The position numbers and the translations under genes are program-made. Below the pieces are notes generated by a model. That model worked only from the letters and a program-made list of their open reading frames with translations, was not told the origin of the DNA and made no database searches. This document shows positions 34,337 to 43,355 of a DNA stretch of 64,000 nucleotides, piece after piece. Position 1 is the stretch's first letter. Every line of letters begins with the position of its first letter. The DNA is from Dehalococcoidia bacterium (GTDB taxonomy: Bacteria > Chloroflexota > Dehalococcoidia > Lucifugimonadales > UBA1123), in the NCBI GenBank assembly GCA_963665255.1, contig OY762210.1:130866-194865 (forward strand), given 5' to 3'.

Positions 34337-34762
34337 ATGACACGAACGATTTCGATCGAAGAAGAGATCCAGAGGCCCGCCGCCGAGGTGTGGGATGGAC
34401 TCACCGACTGGGGTAATGCCCACAGGTGGATGCCCGGGGTCGAGGGAATGTCGGCTGACGGCGAGACCGCCAAGGGCACCACGCTGACATTCCGTTCACG
34501 CGGCGCGGACCGCTCAAGCGCCATCGTCCACTGTGAATCTGGAAAATCGATCGTTCTGCGCTCTGTTCAGGGCGGAGTGACCGCCGACTACAGGTACGAA
34601 GTCCACGACATCGACGGAAGCTCTACCCGAGTCGCCCTGGAGGCCGACTGCCAGGTCACAGGACTCTGGATGCAAATAGCCTCGCCCCTGCTCCGCATCG
34701 CCATCCGTCTCACCGACGGCAAGCAACTAAGGCTGCTAAAGGCAATGCTCGAGGGAGCATAG
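34337..34762 (+). CDS. SRPBCC (START/polyketide cyclase-like) family protein
   Basis: 141 aa. ...IQRPAAEVWDGLTDWGNAHRWMPGVEGM... is a typical SRPBCC N-terminus. Confidence 0.75.
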   Translation: MTRTISIEEEIQRPAAEVWDGLTDWGNAHRWMPGVEGMSADGETAKGTTLTFRSRGADRSSAIVHCESGKSIVLRSVQGGVTADYRYEVHDIDGSSTRVALEADCQVTGLWMQIASPLLRIAIRLTDGKQLRLLKAMLEGA

Positions 34763-34799
34763 CGTCGGCGACGCTTCACCGCAGTTGACGCACGCGTCC

Positions 34800-35040
34800 G
34801 ATAGATGCTTGCGCCTCCCCCCATACGTTCACCCTGAGCCTGTCGAAGGGCCTCCAGATCAAGTCCCGAACGGAGCGAGCGACCAACCAACAGACCCCCT
34901 CACCCTTGACGGTCTTACAGGGGTAGGTATTCACAAACCGTTATTCCCGCGGAAGCGGGAACCCACGAAGTGGCTCGCCGTTCGGCAATCCAGGGGCCGG
35001 GGGTGTCCTTCGACAAGCTCAGAGCCTGTGCCGGACTTGA
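34800..35040. repeat. REP cluster
   Basis: Contains GTTCACCCTGAGCCTGTCGAAGGG (34827-34850), GGGTAGGTATTCACAAACCGTTATTCCCGCGGAAGCGGGAACCC, and TCCTTCGACAAGCTCAGAGCCTG. Confidence 0.75.
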
Positions 35041-35269
35041 TCCTGTGACGACTCCCACCATATCTGCCTGGCAACATCGTTGATGCGTTACTATATAACC
35101 CGTGACAGTGGGTTAGCCACTAGATTTGAAGCCTCAATGACACTATCTAATTCACCTATCAGGCGAACATTTCCCCGTCGCAACCCGATGAGAAGGGTCT
35201 ATGTAATGGCTGCACTGGACGCTATCGAAGAAGCGCAGGCACTTGGACTCATAGAGGAGGACTAGAGCG

Positions 35270-35671
35270 ATGACCCAGACGCTTGCTCCACACAAGGACT
35301 TGGCATACTACCTGGAGCTAGAATATCCGGTCCAGTTGTCGCATCAACGTGAAGACGACGATGAATACTGGCTCGCCGAACTACTCGACCTGCCCGGATG
35401 TATGGCGGACGGCTCCAGCCCCGACGAAGCCTTGAAGAGTCTGGAAGAAGCAAAGCGTCTGTGGATCGAGACTCAGATCGAGGATGGCTACGAGGTACCT
35501 GAGCCGCCTCAGGTCCATGACTACAGTGGAAGATTCCTGGTTCGGATGCCGAAGTCACTCCACCACAGATTGGCGGTGCAGGCAAAGCGTGAAGGGGTGA
35601 GCCTGAACCAGTATGTGATCTCTCTACTGAGCAGCAGGCACGCAAAGGCTGACCGCACTCTAAGCTCCTAG
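35270..35671 (+). CDS. HicB-family antitoxin (with C-terminal RHH), apparently orphan
   Basis: 133 aa. ...YWLAELLDLPGCMADGSSPDEALKSLEEAKRLWIE...YSGRFLVRMPKSLHHRLAVQAKREGVSLNQYVISLL. I recognise no HicA next to it. Confidence 0.8.
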   Translation: MTQTLAPHKDLAYYLELEYPVQLSHQREDDDEYWLAELLDLPGCMADGSSPDEALKSLEEAKRLWIETQIEDGYEVPEPPQVHDYSGRFLVRMPKSLHHRLAVQAKREGVSLNQYVISLLSSRHAKADRTLSS

Positions 35672-35691
35672 CTGCTCGGGACCCTCTTCCC

Positions 35692-38600
35692 TCACCCCTC
35701 CGGCGCCGTCTTCTTCCCCCCGTGGACACTCGGCTCCGAGCACCACTTCAGCCTCAGCAGGTCCAGAGGCTCCAGGATGCTCTCCGGCAGACCCAGCATG
35801 TCGATCAGCACCCGATGGTCCAATTCCTTCCGCGTGTTGTCCCGGTACGCCTCATTCGCCGGCAGGAACTGCGAGTCTCGCATGTCCTCGAAGATCTCCT
35901 CAGCCTTCGCGAGCTGAGCCGGAGACAGCTTGCTGACGTCCAGTGTCGGCATCGAGCGGATGGCCGTGATCGGCATGCTGCCCCGACCTGCCTGCTGACG
36001 GCTGGAGTGCCACCAGTAGCACAGCAGACCCAGCGTCGAGTTGCCCCATAGTGTGTAAGCGATCTCGTGAGATCGTTCGTCGAACTTCACGTTGGGCCAC
36101 GCCCTGCCGCCAATGGTCTGATTCTCAGTGAAGGCGACTGCCAGTGGTTGCGAGTTGAACCGGAAGTCCCTGTTGTGGTGCGCGTGGCTGCGCGTGTCCC
36201 ATATCTCCGCGGCGCGCTGTTCTCTGCCCGGCTTGACCTGACCCTCGCTATCATGCGCGACAATTGTTCGCGTCTCGAGCTGTGCGTCATGGCCCCAGAG
36301 CATCGGATAGGTCGGAGCAGCAGTTGGCGGCTTAATGCGAACGAAGGCTGTCTGCCTGCCACTGCCGACGATGTTCATATCGTAAATTCCAAGTTGGCAC
36401 ACATCTTGAACTGTCGTCATCAGCACAACTTGGGCATCTTGTTCGCGCATCTGGGGCAGCCAAACTTTCCCCTGGACTAACTGATAGACAGCCTGCACCA
36501 CAGTGAAGTCGGAAATGCCGACCGTTGACCAGGGCGCATCCGCACTTAGCGGAGCCTCAGTTATTTCACCGAGTCGCTCGTCGCCGACGAGTAACGGAGT
36601 ACCTCCAAATGGACCGTCTTCTATGGTTCTCACGGAGGCGCTTTCGGCTGTCGTTCTTATCGCCCTGGCTATCTCGGTCGCCTCCATCTCGCTGTCCGGC
36701 CGGCGTCGCAATGAAACGAACAGGCCGTCTCCACCAGGGGATTTGGAGGATTCTCGGGACACGATCATGGTCTCCGCCATGCCGGTGTCTGCGGAGAACG
36801 ACTGATCGTCCTGACGTGCAGCGGCAATAGTGAGCACCGTCACGTCCCTATACGCGCTGGACATTAGCTTGCGCACCTTCTGCCAGCTAATACCTTGCAA
36901 GGTGGTCATTGGCAGCACCAATGCCAATGTGCCGCCCTTCTTTACCATCTGATTGGCCAGAGCGACGAACGCGGATCCGATACCCGCGTACCCGTGGTAG
37001 CAGGTCCCCTTCGTGTACTCTTTTTCGATGGCAGACATCCTATTCTGCGTTTCTAGGTCATTACTCAGGCCTTGGAAGTGCTTGATTGAATCCGATTCTC
37101 TGTCTTCACCCTCCCAGTCAGAGCCTGGTCTGGTGAACGGCGGATTCATGATTACGAGATTCTGACTGAACGGAGGCATATCCATATCAAGCTGCGATGG
37201 CGCCTCCCCAGTGCCCGTTACGGCAGTGGCCGTATGCAGAGGAATCAGTGGCCTGATTGCCCCAGTCTCGCCCAGCAGGTCGAGCGAGCCAATGGACACT
37301 CCGCCCTGCTCGGTCTTTCCGTACTGCATCACGATTGTGCGAGAGCCGTCATACCTCTGCCGAGGATGCGATGACGACAGCATCGATGCCGTCAGGTGCA
37401 CCGACGAGGGCAGCACGTCACACCCGGTCAGCGCGTTCTCCATCATGTGAGCGTGCAGCTTCTCCGGCTTCCCACCCGCGAGCCAGTGGAGCTGGTTCAG
37501 TCGCCGGTACGCAGCGTGTATCAGCGTACCTGTTCCGCAAGCGTAGTCTGCGATATTAAAGCTCTTCACCCGCTCGGGATCGTCCCAGCCGCCGTCGTCA
37601 GGTATCGCGACGTGCGCCAGCAGCGTCGCCGACTCTGGTCTCGTGTAGAAGGTCGCCAGGAACTTGCGGTCGGCAATCAGCCTCTGGAACACAGTCCCCG
37701 CGAGGTCATGAGACTGAGAGACACCGAGGCCGACCAGCCTGTCCGCCGTGCGGCTCATCACCTTCAGTGCTTCCACCGCCATTCCGGGTGGGTTGATGGA
37801 GCGCAGCAGGTCGCTCGCGATGTTGAATATCGACCAGTAGTTGACGCCGAGGATCTTCTGCCACTCCTCTAACACGTTGGCCTGCGTCAGAACACCATCA
37901 GCGCTTGCTACCTGGGTCAGGTTCTTCACACCATGCTGCCCGGCCAGGTTCTGGTGGAACACGAGTGCGTTGATCATGATCGTTGCGGCCATCCGCAGCG
38001 TCTGATCGTCGTAGGACTGCTTTAAGTACCCTACGATCGCCGCTTGGGTGTCCTCATTCTGGTCTGCGGCCAGTCGCAGAATCGCAGCGGCGTCCTGGAC
38101 ACCCTCCTCTAGGATCATCACCGCACTTCGGACGGCGTCTTCAGGAGTCGCCGCGTACTCGACGAACGCCGCGAGGTCCCTGATGCTGCCCTTGATGAAA
38201 CCCGACTTCGGAAACCGCGTGGCATCGACGTCGCTCGGACCCGTGAACAGCGCGTACTCTAGCGTGACACCCTGTTTCAGCAGCGAGTCCACGTCGTCGA
38301 GCCCGGCGCATTCGTTCAAATCTGTCGGAGACCTGAGCGCAACGACCGCGTTTACCTTTCCGGTCGCCTGAACAACACTCGCGTCGAGCGACTCACCCAG
38401 CCGCTCCCTAGCTTCGGCCTCAACCGTATTCGCAGGCAGGTATTCGTTCTCAATCACCACGGGCTGCGCGCCCATCTGCGTGACCAGGATGTCCGGCTGC
38501 TTCTGGTTCCCTTGGAACGCCCCCTTGTTCTCCCCACGAACACTCCACTCAGGAGCCATGCGCCCCAGCAGCGTGGCGATACGTCCGTTGAGTTGGTTTT

Positions 38601-38703
38601 CCAGGATGGCCAAACCTAATCCTCCGCGATGCACTGGTCCAGGGCCGTCAATAGGGTGAACTTGTCCCAGATTAGTAGGCACCCGCATTTGGAGCGCGGG
38701 CAT
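35692..38703 (-). CDS. Large solitary N6-adenine DNA methyltransferase-domain protein (type IIG/IIL-like candidate)
   Basis: 1003 aa. Gamma-class order of motifs: HDLAGTVFQRLI...FYTRPESATLLA (motif X-like), NIADYACGTGTLIHAAY (motif I), VIMNPPFTRPGSD (motif IV, NPPF). The N-terminal QPDILVTQMGAQPVVIENEY is PD-(D/E)xK-like but lacks the Lys. Confidence 0.75.
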   Translation of the reverse strand: MPALQMRVPTNLGQVHPIDGPGPVHRGGLGLAILENQLNGRIATLLGRMAPEWSVRGENKGAFQGNQKQPDILVTQMGAQPVVIENEYLPANTVEAEARERLGESLDASVVQATGKVNAVVALRSPTDLNECAGLDDVDSLLKQGVTLEYALFTGPSDVDATRFPKSGFIKGSIRDLAAFVEYAATPEDAVRSAVMILEEGVQDAAAILRLAADQNEDTQAAIVGYLKQSYDDQTLRMAATIMINALVFHQNLAGQHGVKNLTQVASADGVLTQANVLEEWQKILGVNYWSIFNIASDLLRSINPPGMAVEALKVMSRTADRLVGLGVSQSHDLAGTVFQRLIADRKFLATFYTRPESATLLAHVAIPDDGGWDDPERVKSFNIADYACGTGTLIHAAYRRLNQLHWLAGGKPEKLHAHMMENALTGCDVLPSSVHLTASMLSSSHPRQRYDGSRTIVMQYGKTEQGGVSIGSLDLLGETGAIRPLIPLHTATAVTGTGEAPSQLDMDMPPFSQNLVIMNPPFTRPGSDWEGEDRESDSIKHFQGLSNDLETQNRMSAIEKEYTKGTCYHGYAGIGSAFVALANQMVKKGGTLALVLPMTTLQGISWQKVRKLMSSAYRDVTVLTIAAARQDDQSFSADTGMAETMIVSRESSKSPGGDGLFVSLRRRPDSEMEATEIARAIRTTAESASVRTIEDGPFGGTPLLVGDERLGEITEAPLSADAPWSTVGISDFTVVQAVYQLVQGKVWLPQMREQDAQVVLMTTVQDVCQLGIYDMNIVGSGRQTAFVRIKPPTAAPTYPMLWGHDAQLETRTIVAHDSEGQVKPGREQRAAEIWDTRSHAHHNRDFRFNSQPLAVAFTENQTIGGRAWPNVKFDERSHEIAYTLWGNSTLGLLCYWWHSSRQQAGRGSMPITAIRSMPTLDVSKLSPAQLAKAEEIFEDMRDSQFLPANEAYRDNTRKELDHRVLIDMLGLPESILEPLDLLRLKWCSEPSVHGGKKTAPEG

Positions 38704-38716
38704 CTTACCCGCAACC

Positions 38717-38740
38717 GTTCGTCCTGAGCTTGTCGAAGGG
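38717..38740. repeat. GTTCGTCCTGAGCTTGTCGAAGGG REP unit
   Basis: This 24-mer is identical to 27837-27860, which lies inside the livG-type CDS. It is closely related to 34827-34850 and to the units in the Etf linker. Confidence 0.85.
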
Positions 38741-38946
38741 CGGCTGCCTTTAGAACTGCCTACTGATCTGAGACAGGTTCCAATAGGGTTACTTTATCAG
38801 ACGGGATAGCCCGGACTACCCGCCACAGCCCGACACCAACTCCCGTACCGAGCGCACAAGCACCCCACCCACACAACCAAATCATGTAAATCCCATAATC
38901 ACACAAATCCGAGTTCAGACAATCCCCCTTGACCCCCTAAGAACAT

Positions 38947-39747
38947 ATGTACTATCATGCCCACAGACCAATGTCCCTATCCCAATACATCAGAGACAAC
39001 ACCAACGACGGCCACAACATCGCCCGCGTCCTCATCGACGTCCTTGAAGGACGCCTCGACGGCACCAAGATCAACCACAGGCTGACAGCCGCGAGACTCC
39101 TCACCATCTACGGACACGAAGACGCAGACGACTTCATTGCCGACAATACTCCCGATACACCAGCCGAGGAGTCCGGCAAGAAGATCTGGTTCGAGATCGA
39201 TCCCGGACTCAGAACACTCATCAATGCCAGGACCGACGATGGACGGGTTATCTGCATGTTCCTCATCGACGTGATGGAGGGAAGGTTCGAAGGCAGCCAC
39301 GTCGGACACCGGGTATCGGCAGCCAGAGAGCTTCTCAGCCGAGCGTACGGCAAGAGCCCGAGCAGGGGCTTACCAAAGCCACCGGGCTCGAACTCGACAA
39401 GGCGTCAGCCTCGCAAGACCCACCAGAGAGTCCCATCCACTCCGGCACAGGCCGTCATATCAGCCCCAGCCGCGAGTGCAGTGGCCCTGGACGAACCTGA
39501 CCAACAGTCGGCCCATGAGATCGATCCTCGCATCGAAATCATAAGGGATGCCCAAGACTGGTTGGACATAGTCGAGTCCCCCGGGTACGAGTTCATGAAC
39601 GAGTGCGAACACCCGGACTTCGACCCATACACTGCCACCATCGACGAGGAGTACTTCAAGTCATTCACCGCCTGCCAGGACCCCGACTGCGAAGTCCACG
39701 GCAGTCACCCCGAAATCCACTGGAACCCCAACGACTACCACTACTGA
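38947..39747 (+). CDS. Hypothetical protein with an internal duplicated ~35-aa motif
   Basis: 266 aa. DGHNIARVLIDVLEGRLDGTKINHRLTAARLLTIYGHE and DGRVICMFLIDVMEGRFEGSHVGHRVSAARELLSRAYGK, then a Pro/Ser-rich linker and an acidic Cys/His-containing C-terminus. Family not recognised. Confidence 0.4.
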   Translation: MYYHAHRPMSLSQYIRDNTNDGHNIARVLIDVLEGRLDGTKINHRLTAARLLTIYGHEDADDFIADNTPDTPAEESGKKIWFEIDPGLRTLINARTDDGRVICMFLIDVMEGRFEGSHVGHRVSAARELLSRAYGKSPSRGLPKPPGSNSTRRQPRKTHQRVPSTPAQAVISAPAASAVALDEPDQQSAHEIDPRIEIIRDAQDWLDIVESPGYEFMNECEHPDFDPYTATIDEEYFKSFTACQDPDCEVHGSHPEIHWNPNDYHY

Positions 39748-39789
39748 CCACCTCTCCCCTGAAGGGCTGATGAGCGTACGTAAGAGTCC

Positions 39790-40020
39790 GCAGACCAACA
39801 TGAAAACCAACCAACCAGCCCCCTCTCCCTTGATGGGAGAGGGTTGGGGTGAGGGTGAAGGGTTCGACTCCAACCTACTGGACACCACTCCCACCCCCTG
39901 GATTCCCGCTTCCGCGGGAATGACGGTTTGTGAATACCTACCCTTGTCAGCCTTAGTGCCCTTAGTGCCCTTAGTGGATACAGTTGAATCCCCCTCCGTG
40001 ACCCCCTATTCACGTTTGTG
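39790..40020. repeat. REP cluster
   Basis: Contains CCCCTCTCCCTTGATGGGAGAGGGTTGGGGTGAGGGTGAAGG (relatives at 44928 and 54964), GATTCCCGCTTCCGCGGGAATGACGGTTTGTGAATACCTACCCTTGTCAGCC, and a direct repeat ttagtgccc x2. Confidence 0.75.
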
Positions 40021-40094
40021 ATACCCTTGGCTTGGCCTGCCACCACCCCTGTGAACAGGCACAATTTCGTCGAAACTCAAACTAGGAGAGACGC

Positions 40095-41738
40095 ATGGCC
40101 AAGGTTATCGGAAGCTATCTCATTTCGCGGACGCTCAAGGAAGAGGGCGTGGACACGCTCTTCTACCTGATGGGCGGACCCAACTTCGACATCGTTATGG
40201 CTGCCGAGGACTTCGGCATACGCTGCATCGACTTCAGGCACGAGCAGGCCGCAGCGTTCGCCGCTCACGCCTACGCTCGCGTCACCGGCAAGCCCGGCGT
40301 CTGCACCGCAGCATCCGGCCCTGGCACGCTCAACCTCCTAACCGGCGTCTACACTGCTGCCATCGACTGCGCCCCCATGGTCATTCTCGGCGGCGCAGGC
40401 CCCGTCCACGAGATCGGACGCGAGGCCTTCCAGGAGGTCGACCAGGTCGGCATCATGGAGCCGATGATGAAGTGGGTGCATCAGACCACCCAGGCCGCTC
40501 GCTACCCTGAGGTCGTCAGCATGGCCTTCCGCAAGGCCACGACCGGCCGCCCGGGCCCCGTCTACATCGACTGTGGCGCGGACGTGCTCTACGAAGAGGT
40601 TGATGAGGAAGACGCGATAACTCCGTGGCGTGCCGAGAGGCGCACCAGGCCGGCCGCTGAGGCCAGCGTCGTCAGGGAGACCGTCGACATGCTCGCCGCC
40701 GCTGAGCGCCCGATGATCTTCGCCGGTGGCGGAGCGTTCTTCTCCGGTGCCGCAAACGAGCTTACCGAGTTGGTCAACCTGACCTCGACTCCGTTCTACA
40801 CGGCCCCGATGTCCCGCGGACTCATCGCCGAGGACAACCCCGTATCCTTCCAGGCCGCCCGAAGCACCGCCATGCGCGAGACCGACCTCGTACTCGTCGT
40901 CGGCACCAGGCTGAACTGGATGGTCCAGTATGGACATCGCTTCAACCCCGACGCCAAGGTCGTGCAGATCGACATCGATCCCGCCGAGCTTGGACACAAC
41001 CGCAACATCGACCTCGGAATCGTCGGCGATGCTAAGACTGTCGTTTCGCAGATGCTCGAAGAGGCCCGCAACCGTGAGGCCGACTGGGCTGGCCGCATCG
41101 AGTCCGACTGGATCCTGCGCCTCAGCGAAATCGAAGACCAGCGTGCCGCACAGGGCGCCGCGCTGCAGAACTCCGACCAGTCGCCGATGCACCCGGTGCG
41201 CCTCTGCAAGGAGATCCGTGAGTTCCTCGACCGCGACGCCATCGTCTCGGTGGACGGCAACGAGATCCTGCACATCGGACGCCAGAACATCCCGACTTTC
41301 GAGCCTGGCCACAGGCTGAACTCCGGCGTCACCGGCACCATGGGCGTCGGCCTGCCCTACGGCATCGGCGCGAAGCTCGCCAAGCCCGACAAGCAGGTGC
41401 TCGTGCTGCACGGCGACGGCTCGATGGGCATGAACGCGATGGAGCTGGACACCTGTGTCCGCCACAACATCCCCGTCGTGACCGTGATCTCCAACAACGC
41501 CGGCTGGACTGCCCGGACGCCTGACAAGCGCAAGCCCGGTCGTGAGCTTGGCTTCACCAACTTCGACGGCATGGCCCGTGAGCTCGGAGCCTACGGCGAG
41601 AGGGTCGAGGACCCCAACGAGATCAAGCCCGCTCTCCAGCGCGCCTTCGACAGCGGCAAGCCCGCAGTCATCAACGCCATAGTAGAGCCCACCGCCGGCG
41701 GCGTCTCCCGAGCCTGGGGCGGCTCCCGCATGGAGTAG
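40095..41738 (+). CDS. Thiamine-diphosphate-dependent enzyme (acetolactate synthase large subunit / 2-hydroxyacyl-CoA lyase / oxalyl-CoA decarboxylase family)
   Basis: 547 aa. N-terminal Pyr domain ...FRHEQAAAFAAHAYARVTGKPGVCTAASGPGTLNLLTG... and C-terminal TPP motif GDGSMGMNAMELDTCVRHNIPVVTVISNN. Confidence 0.85.
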   Translation: MAKVIGSYLISRTLKEEGVDTLFYLMGGPNFDIVMAAEDFGIRCIDFRHEQAAAFAAHAYARVTGKPGVCTAASGPGTLNLLTGVYTAAIDCAPMVILGGAGPVHEIGREAFQEVDQVGIMEPMMKWVHQTTQAARYPEVVSMAFRKATTGRPGPVYIDCGADVLYEEVDEEDAITPWRAERRTRPAAEASVVRETVDMLAAAERPMIFAGGGAFFSGAANELTELVNLTSTPFYTAPMSRGLIAEDNPVSFQAARSTAMRETDLVLVVGTRLNWMVQYGHRFNPDAKVVQIDIDPAELGHNRNIDLGIVGDAKTVVSQMLEEARNREADWAGRIESDWILRLSEIEDQRAAQGAALQNSDQSPMHPVRLCKEIREFLDRDAIVSVDGNEILHIGRQNIPTFEPGHRLNSGVTGTMGVGLPYGIGAKLAKPDKQVLVLHGDGSMGMNAMELDTCVRHNIPVVTVISNNAGWTARTPDKRKPGRELGFTNFDGMARELGAYGERVEDPNEIKPALQRAFDSGKPAVINAIVEPTAGGVSRAWGGSRME

Positions 41739-41767
41739 AGTTCAGAGCAACCGTAATCACAATACAT

Positions 41768-41792
41768 AGGGGCAGGTCACAGACCTGCCCCT
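41768..41792 (+). terminator. Hairpin of the GGGGCAGG family downstream of the TPP-enzyme gene (terminator-like)
   Basis: aggggcaggtc-aca-gacctgcccct is an 11-bp stem, followed by tgtgctttt. Confidence 0.5.
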
Positions 41793-41830
41793 TGTGCTTT
41801 TCCAGTCCAATAATTCAGATGCTACTGAAA

Positions 41831-42142
41831 TCACCTTGAGAGAGGTGCGTATCTCTCGACTCTGATTTCATGCTCCCGGGCGCGCATCTGCGAGGCGTCG
41901 TACCAGGCCTGCATCCTGAGTAGCATGTCCATCCCCACCCCGAAGGCCTTTTCGACGCGCAGGGCAAGTTCGGGTGACAGCGACGACCGACAACTCAGGA
42001 CTTCGGACAAGACTGCTGGATCAGCCCCCAGGATCTGGGCCATCTCGTCGAGATTGAGTCCGAGATGTTGGACGATCTCAGTGCGTATGAAGTCCCCAGG
42101 ATGCGGGGGGGTCATCTTGACTTCGATTCCCTCGGATTCCAT
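41831..42142 (-). CDS. HigA-family antitoxin (XRE HTH)
   Basis: ...PPHPGDFIRTEIVQHLGLNLDEMAQILGADPAVLSEVLSCRSSLSPELALRVEKAFGVGMDMLLRMQAWYD. The ATG overlaps the higB stop (ATGA). Confidence 0.85.
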   Translation of the reverse strand: MESEGIEVKMTPPHPGDFIRTEIVQHLGLNLDEMAQILGADPAVLSEVLSCRSSLSPELALRVEKAFGVGMDMLLRMQAWYDASQMRAREHEIRVERYAPLSR

Positions 42143-42432
42143 CAGTGGTAGTCCTCCAGATTTATCTGATCAATCTGACCGTCTGCTTCCACAAACGTGA
42201 TCCGCCAGTTCCTGGTAACAGATACACTCCACTCCTCCTGCCGATCCCCTGAAAGCCGGTGGATTCTCCATCCCGGAGGAGCGTCAGATATGAAGCTGTC
42301 AATGTTCTCTGCCAGTATGAGTGCAGTGAGAACATTGCGAACGCGGACGACCATGTCAGCCGGGACGGCCCGAGAGTCATCAGAGACGATTAGACGACGA
42401 AGCCCCCTGTGGCGGACTGAACGAATGTCCAT
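42142..42432 (-). CDS. HigB-type toxin (plasmid maintenance system killer, RelE fold)
   Basis: 96 aa. ...RGLRRLIVSDDSRAVPADMVVRVRNVLTAL...HRLSGDRQEEWSVSVTRNWRITFVEADGQIDQINLEDYH. Confidence 0.85.
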   Translation of the reverse strand: MDIRSVRHRGLRRLIVSDDSRAVPADMVVRVRNVLTALILAENIDSFISDAPPGWRIHRLSGDRQEEWSVSVTRNWRITFVEADGQIDQINLEDYH

Positions 42433-42563
42433 GAGAGTTGAGTATATGGGGACTACATACGATTAACAAGCCAGCTACCAGCCAGTCGACGAGTCGCTGA
42501 GAGCAACGATTGACGTAAGGTCAGTTAAGGCCCGCTCACCCTAGCCCTCTTCGCCGATCCTGT

Positions 42564-42989
42564 CTAGTCCACTATCGTTAGGTCTGATTGAACGACGTCG
42601 ACTGTCAGGCTGTCAGCAGGTCGGTCATGGAGTACTCGCCAGTGTTGCAGGATGTCCTGACCCAATAGAGAGGGGATTGACTCGTTGTGGTCACCGGGCT
42701 CAGCAATCCCCACGGTCTGGAGGTAGATGTGAGTGCGCGTTTCGTCTCGAAACGCGATGTAGGCCTGCTCGCTGTAGTAGGTTGCCAGACCACCTACTCC
42801 ACCTGACTGGCCAGCGGATGTCAGTCTGTCGTATGGCATGCCTGCGCAATCTCTGGGATGCAGGACCGTCTGAGCCGCGCCCGTGTCGACCAGGAATTCA
42901 AGCCTCAGGCGTCTGAAGTCCAGACGAGGCAGGACCAGAATGGCTGTGACATAAGGATGGCCATTCCTGTCGAACCATCCATCTATCAA
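42564..42989 (-). CDS. Retropepsin-like aspartic protease
   Basis: 141 aa. FLVDTGAAQTVL is the D-T/S-G-A active-site motif, and LLGQDIL follows near the C-terminus. Confidence 0.65.
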   Translation of the reverse strand: MIDGWFDRNGHPYVTAILVLPRLDFRRLRLEFLVDTGAAQTVLHPRDCAGMPYDRLTSAGQSGGVGGLATYYSEQAYIAFRDETRTHIYLQTVGIAEPGDHNESIPSLLGQDILQHWRVLHDRPADSLTVDVVQSDLTIVD

Positions 42990-43303
42990 AGGAGCAGTGA
43001 CCTTGGGTTGGAGTCCAGGTAGTCGTGAACGACGGCCTCGTAGGGGATCTGCTTCTCGTCAAGTTGCTGGAACAGGCCGTCCATTGTGGCTGCTGTGGCC
43101 ACAATGACTCCATCCTTCCCCATCGCCACCCACTGGTCGGGATACAGGCGTAGCAGGTCCCCGTACTCGGCATCCAGACAAATAGCGAGTTCTCGGAACT
43201 CACTTAGCTCTACTGCGATGGCGGCCGGGTCCCCCAGGTGTTCCAGCACCTGCTTCTTCAATGCATCATCAATTGGTGGACTGGAGATTGTAGGATCTGC
43301 CAT
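42986..43303 (-). CDS. Hypothetical protein (DUF5678-like), coupled to the aspartic protease gene
   Basis: 105 aa. ...LYPDQWVAMGKDGVIVATAATMDGLFQQL... resembles the DUF5678 core. 4-nt overlap with the downstream protease gene. Confidence 0.45.
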   Translation of the reverse strand: MADPTISSPPIDDALKKQVLEHLGDPAAIAVELSEFRELAICLDAEYGDLLRLYPDQWVAMGKDGVIVATAATMDGLFQQLDEKQIPYEAVVHDYLDSNPRSLLL

Positions 43304-43355
43304 GACTCTCTACCCCCTCTTGCAGGGGAATTATACTCGAAAGCTTGGACCACAC

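Noticed and set aside
35080-35265. 61-aa ORF upstream of hicB as a candidate HicA toxin.
   Set aside because: The sequence (MMRYYITRDSGLATRFEASMTLSN...) has none of the HicA dsRBD-like features such as a conserved Gly-Ser-His region. It is probably non-coding, so HicB is treated as an orphan.
40338-41465. 375-aa ORF antisense to the TPP-enzyme gene.
   Set aside because: It is a typical high-GC shadow ORF. Its composition is Arg/Gly/Asp/His/Val-rich and of low complexity, it has no recognisable motif, and it is fully overlapped by a well-supported gene on the other strand. The same reasoning applies to 2351-2827, 14418-15179, 19207-20195, 20083-20943, 56086-56997 and many others in the track.
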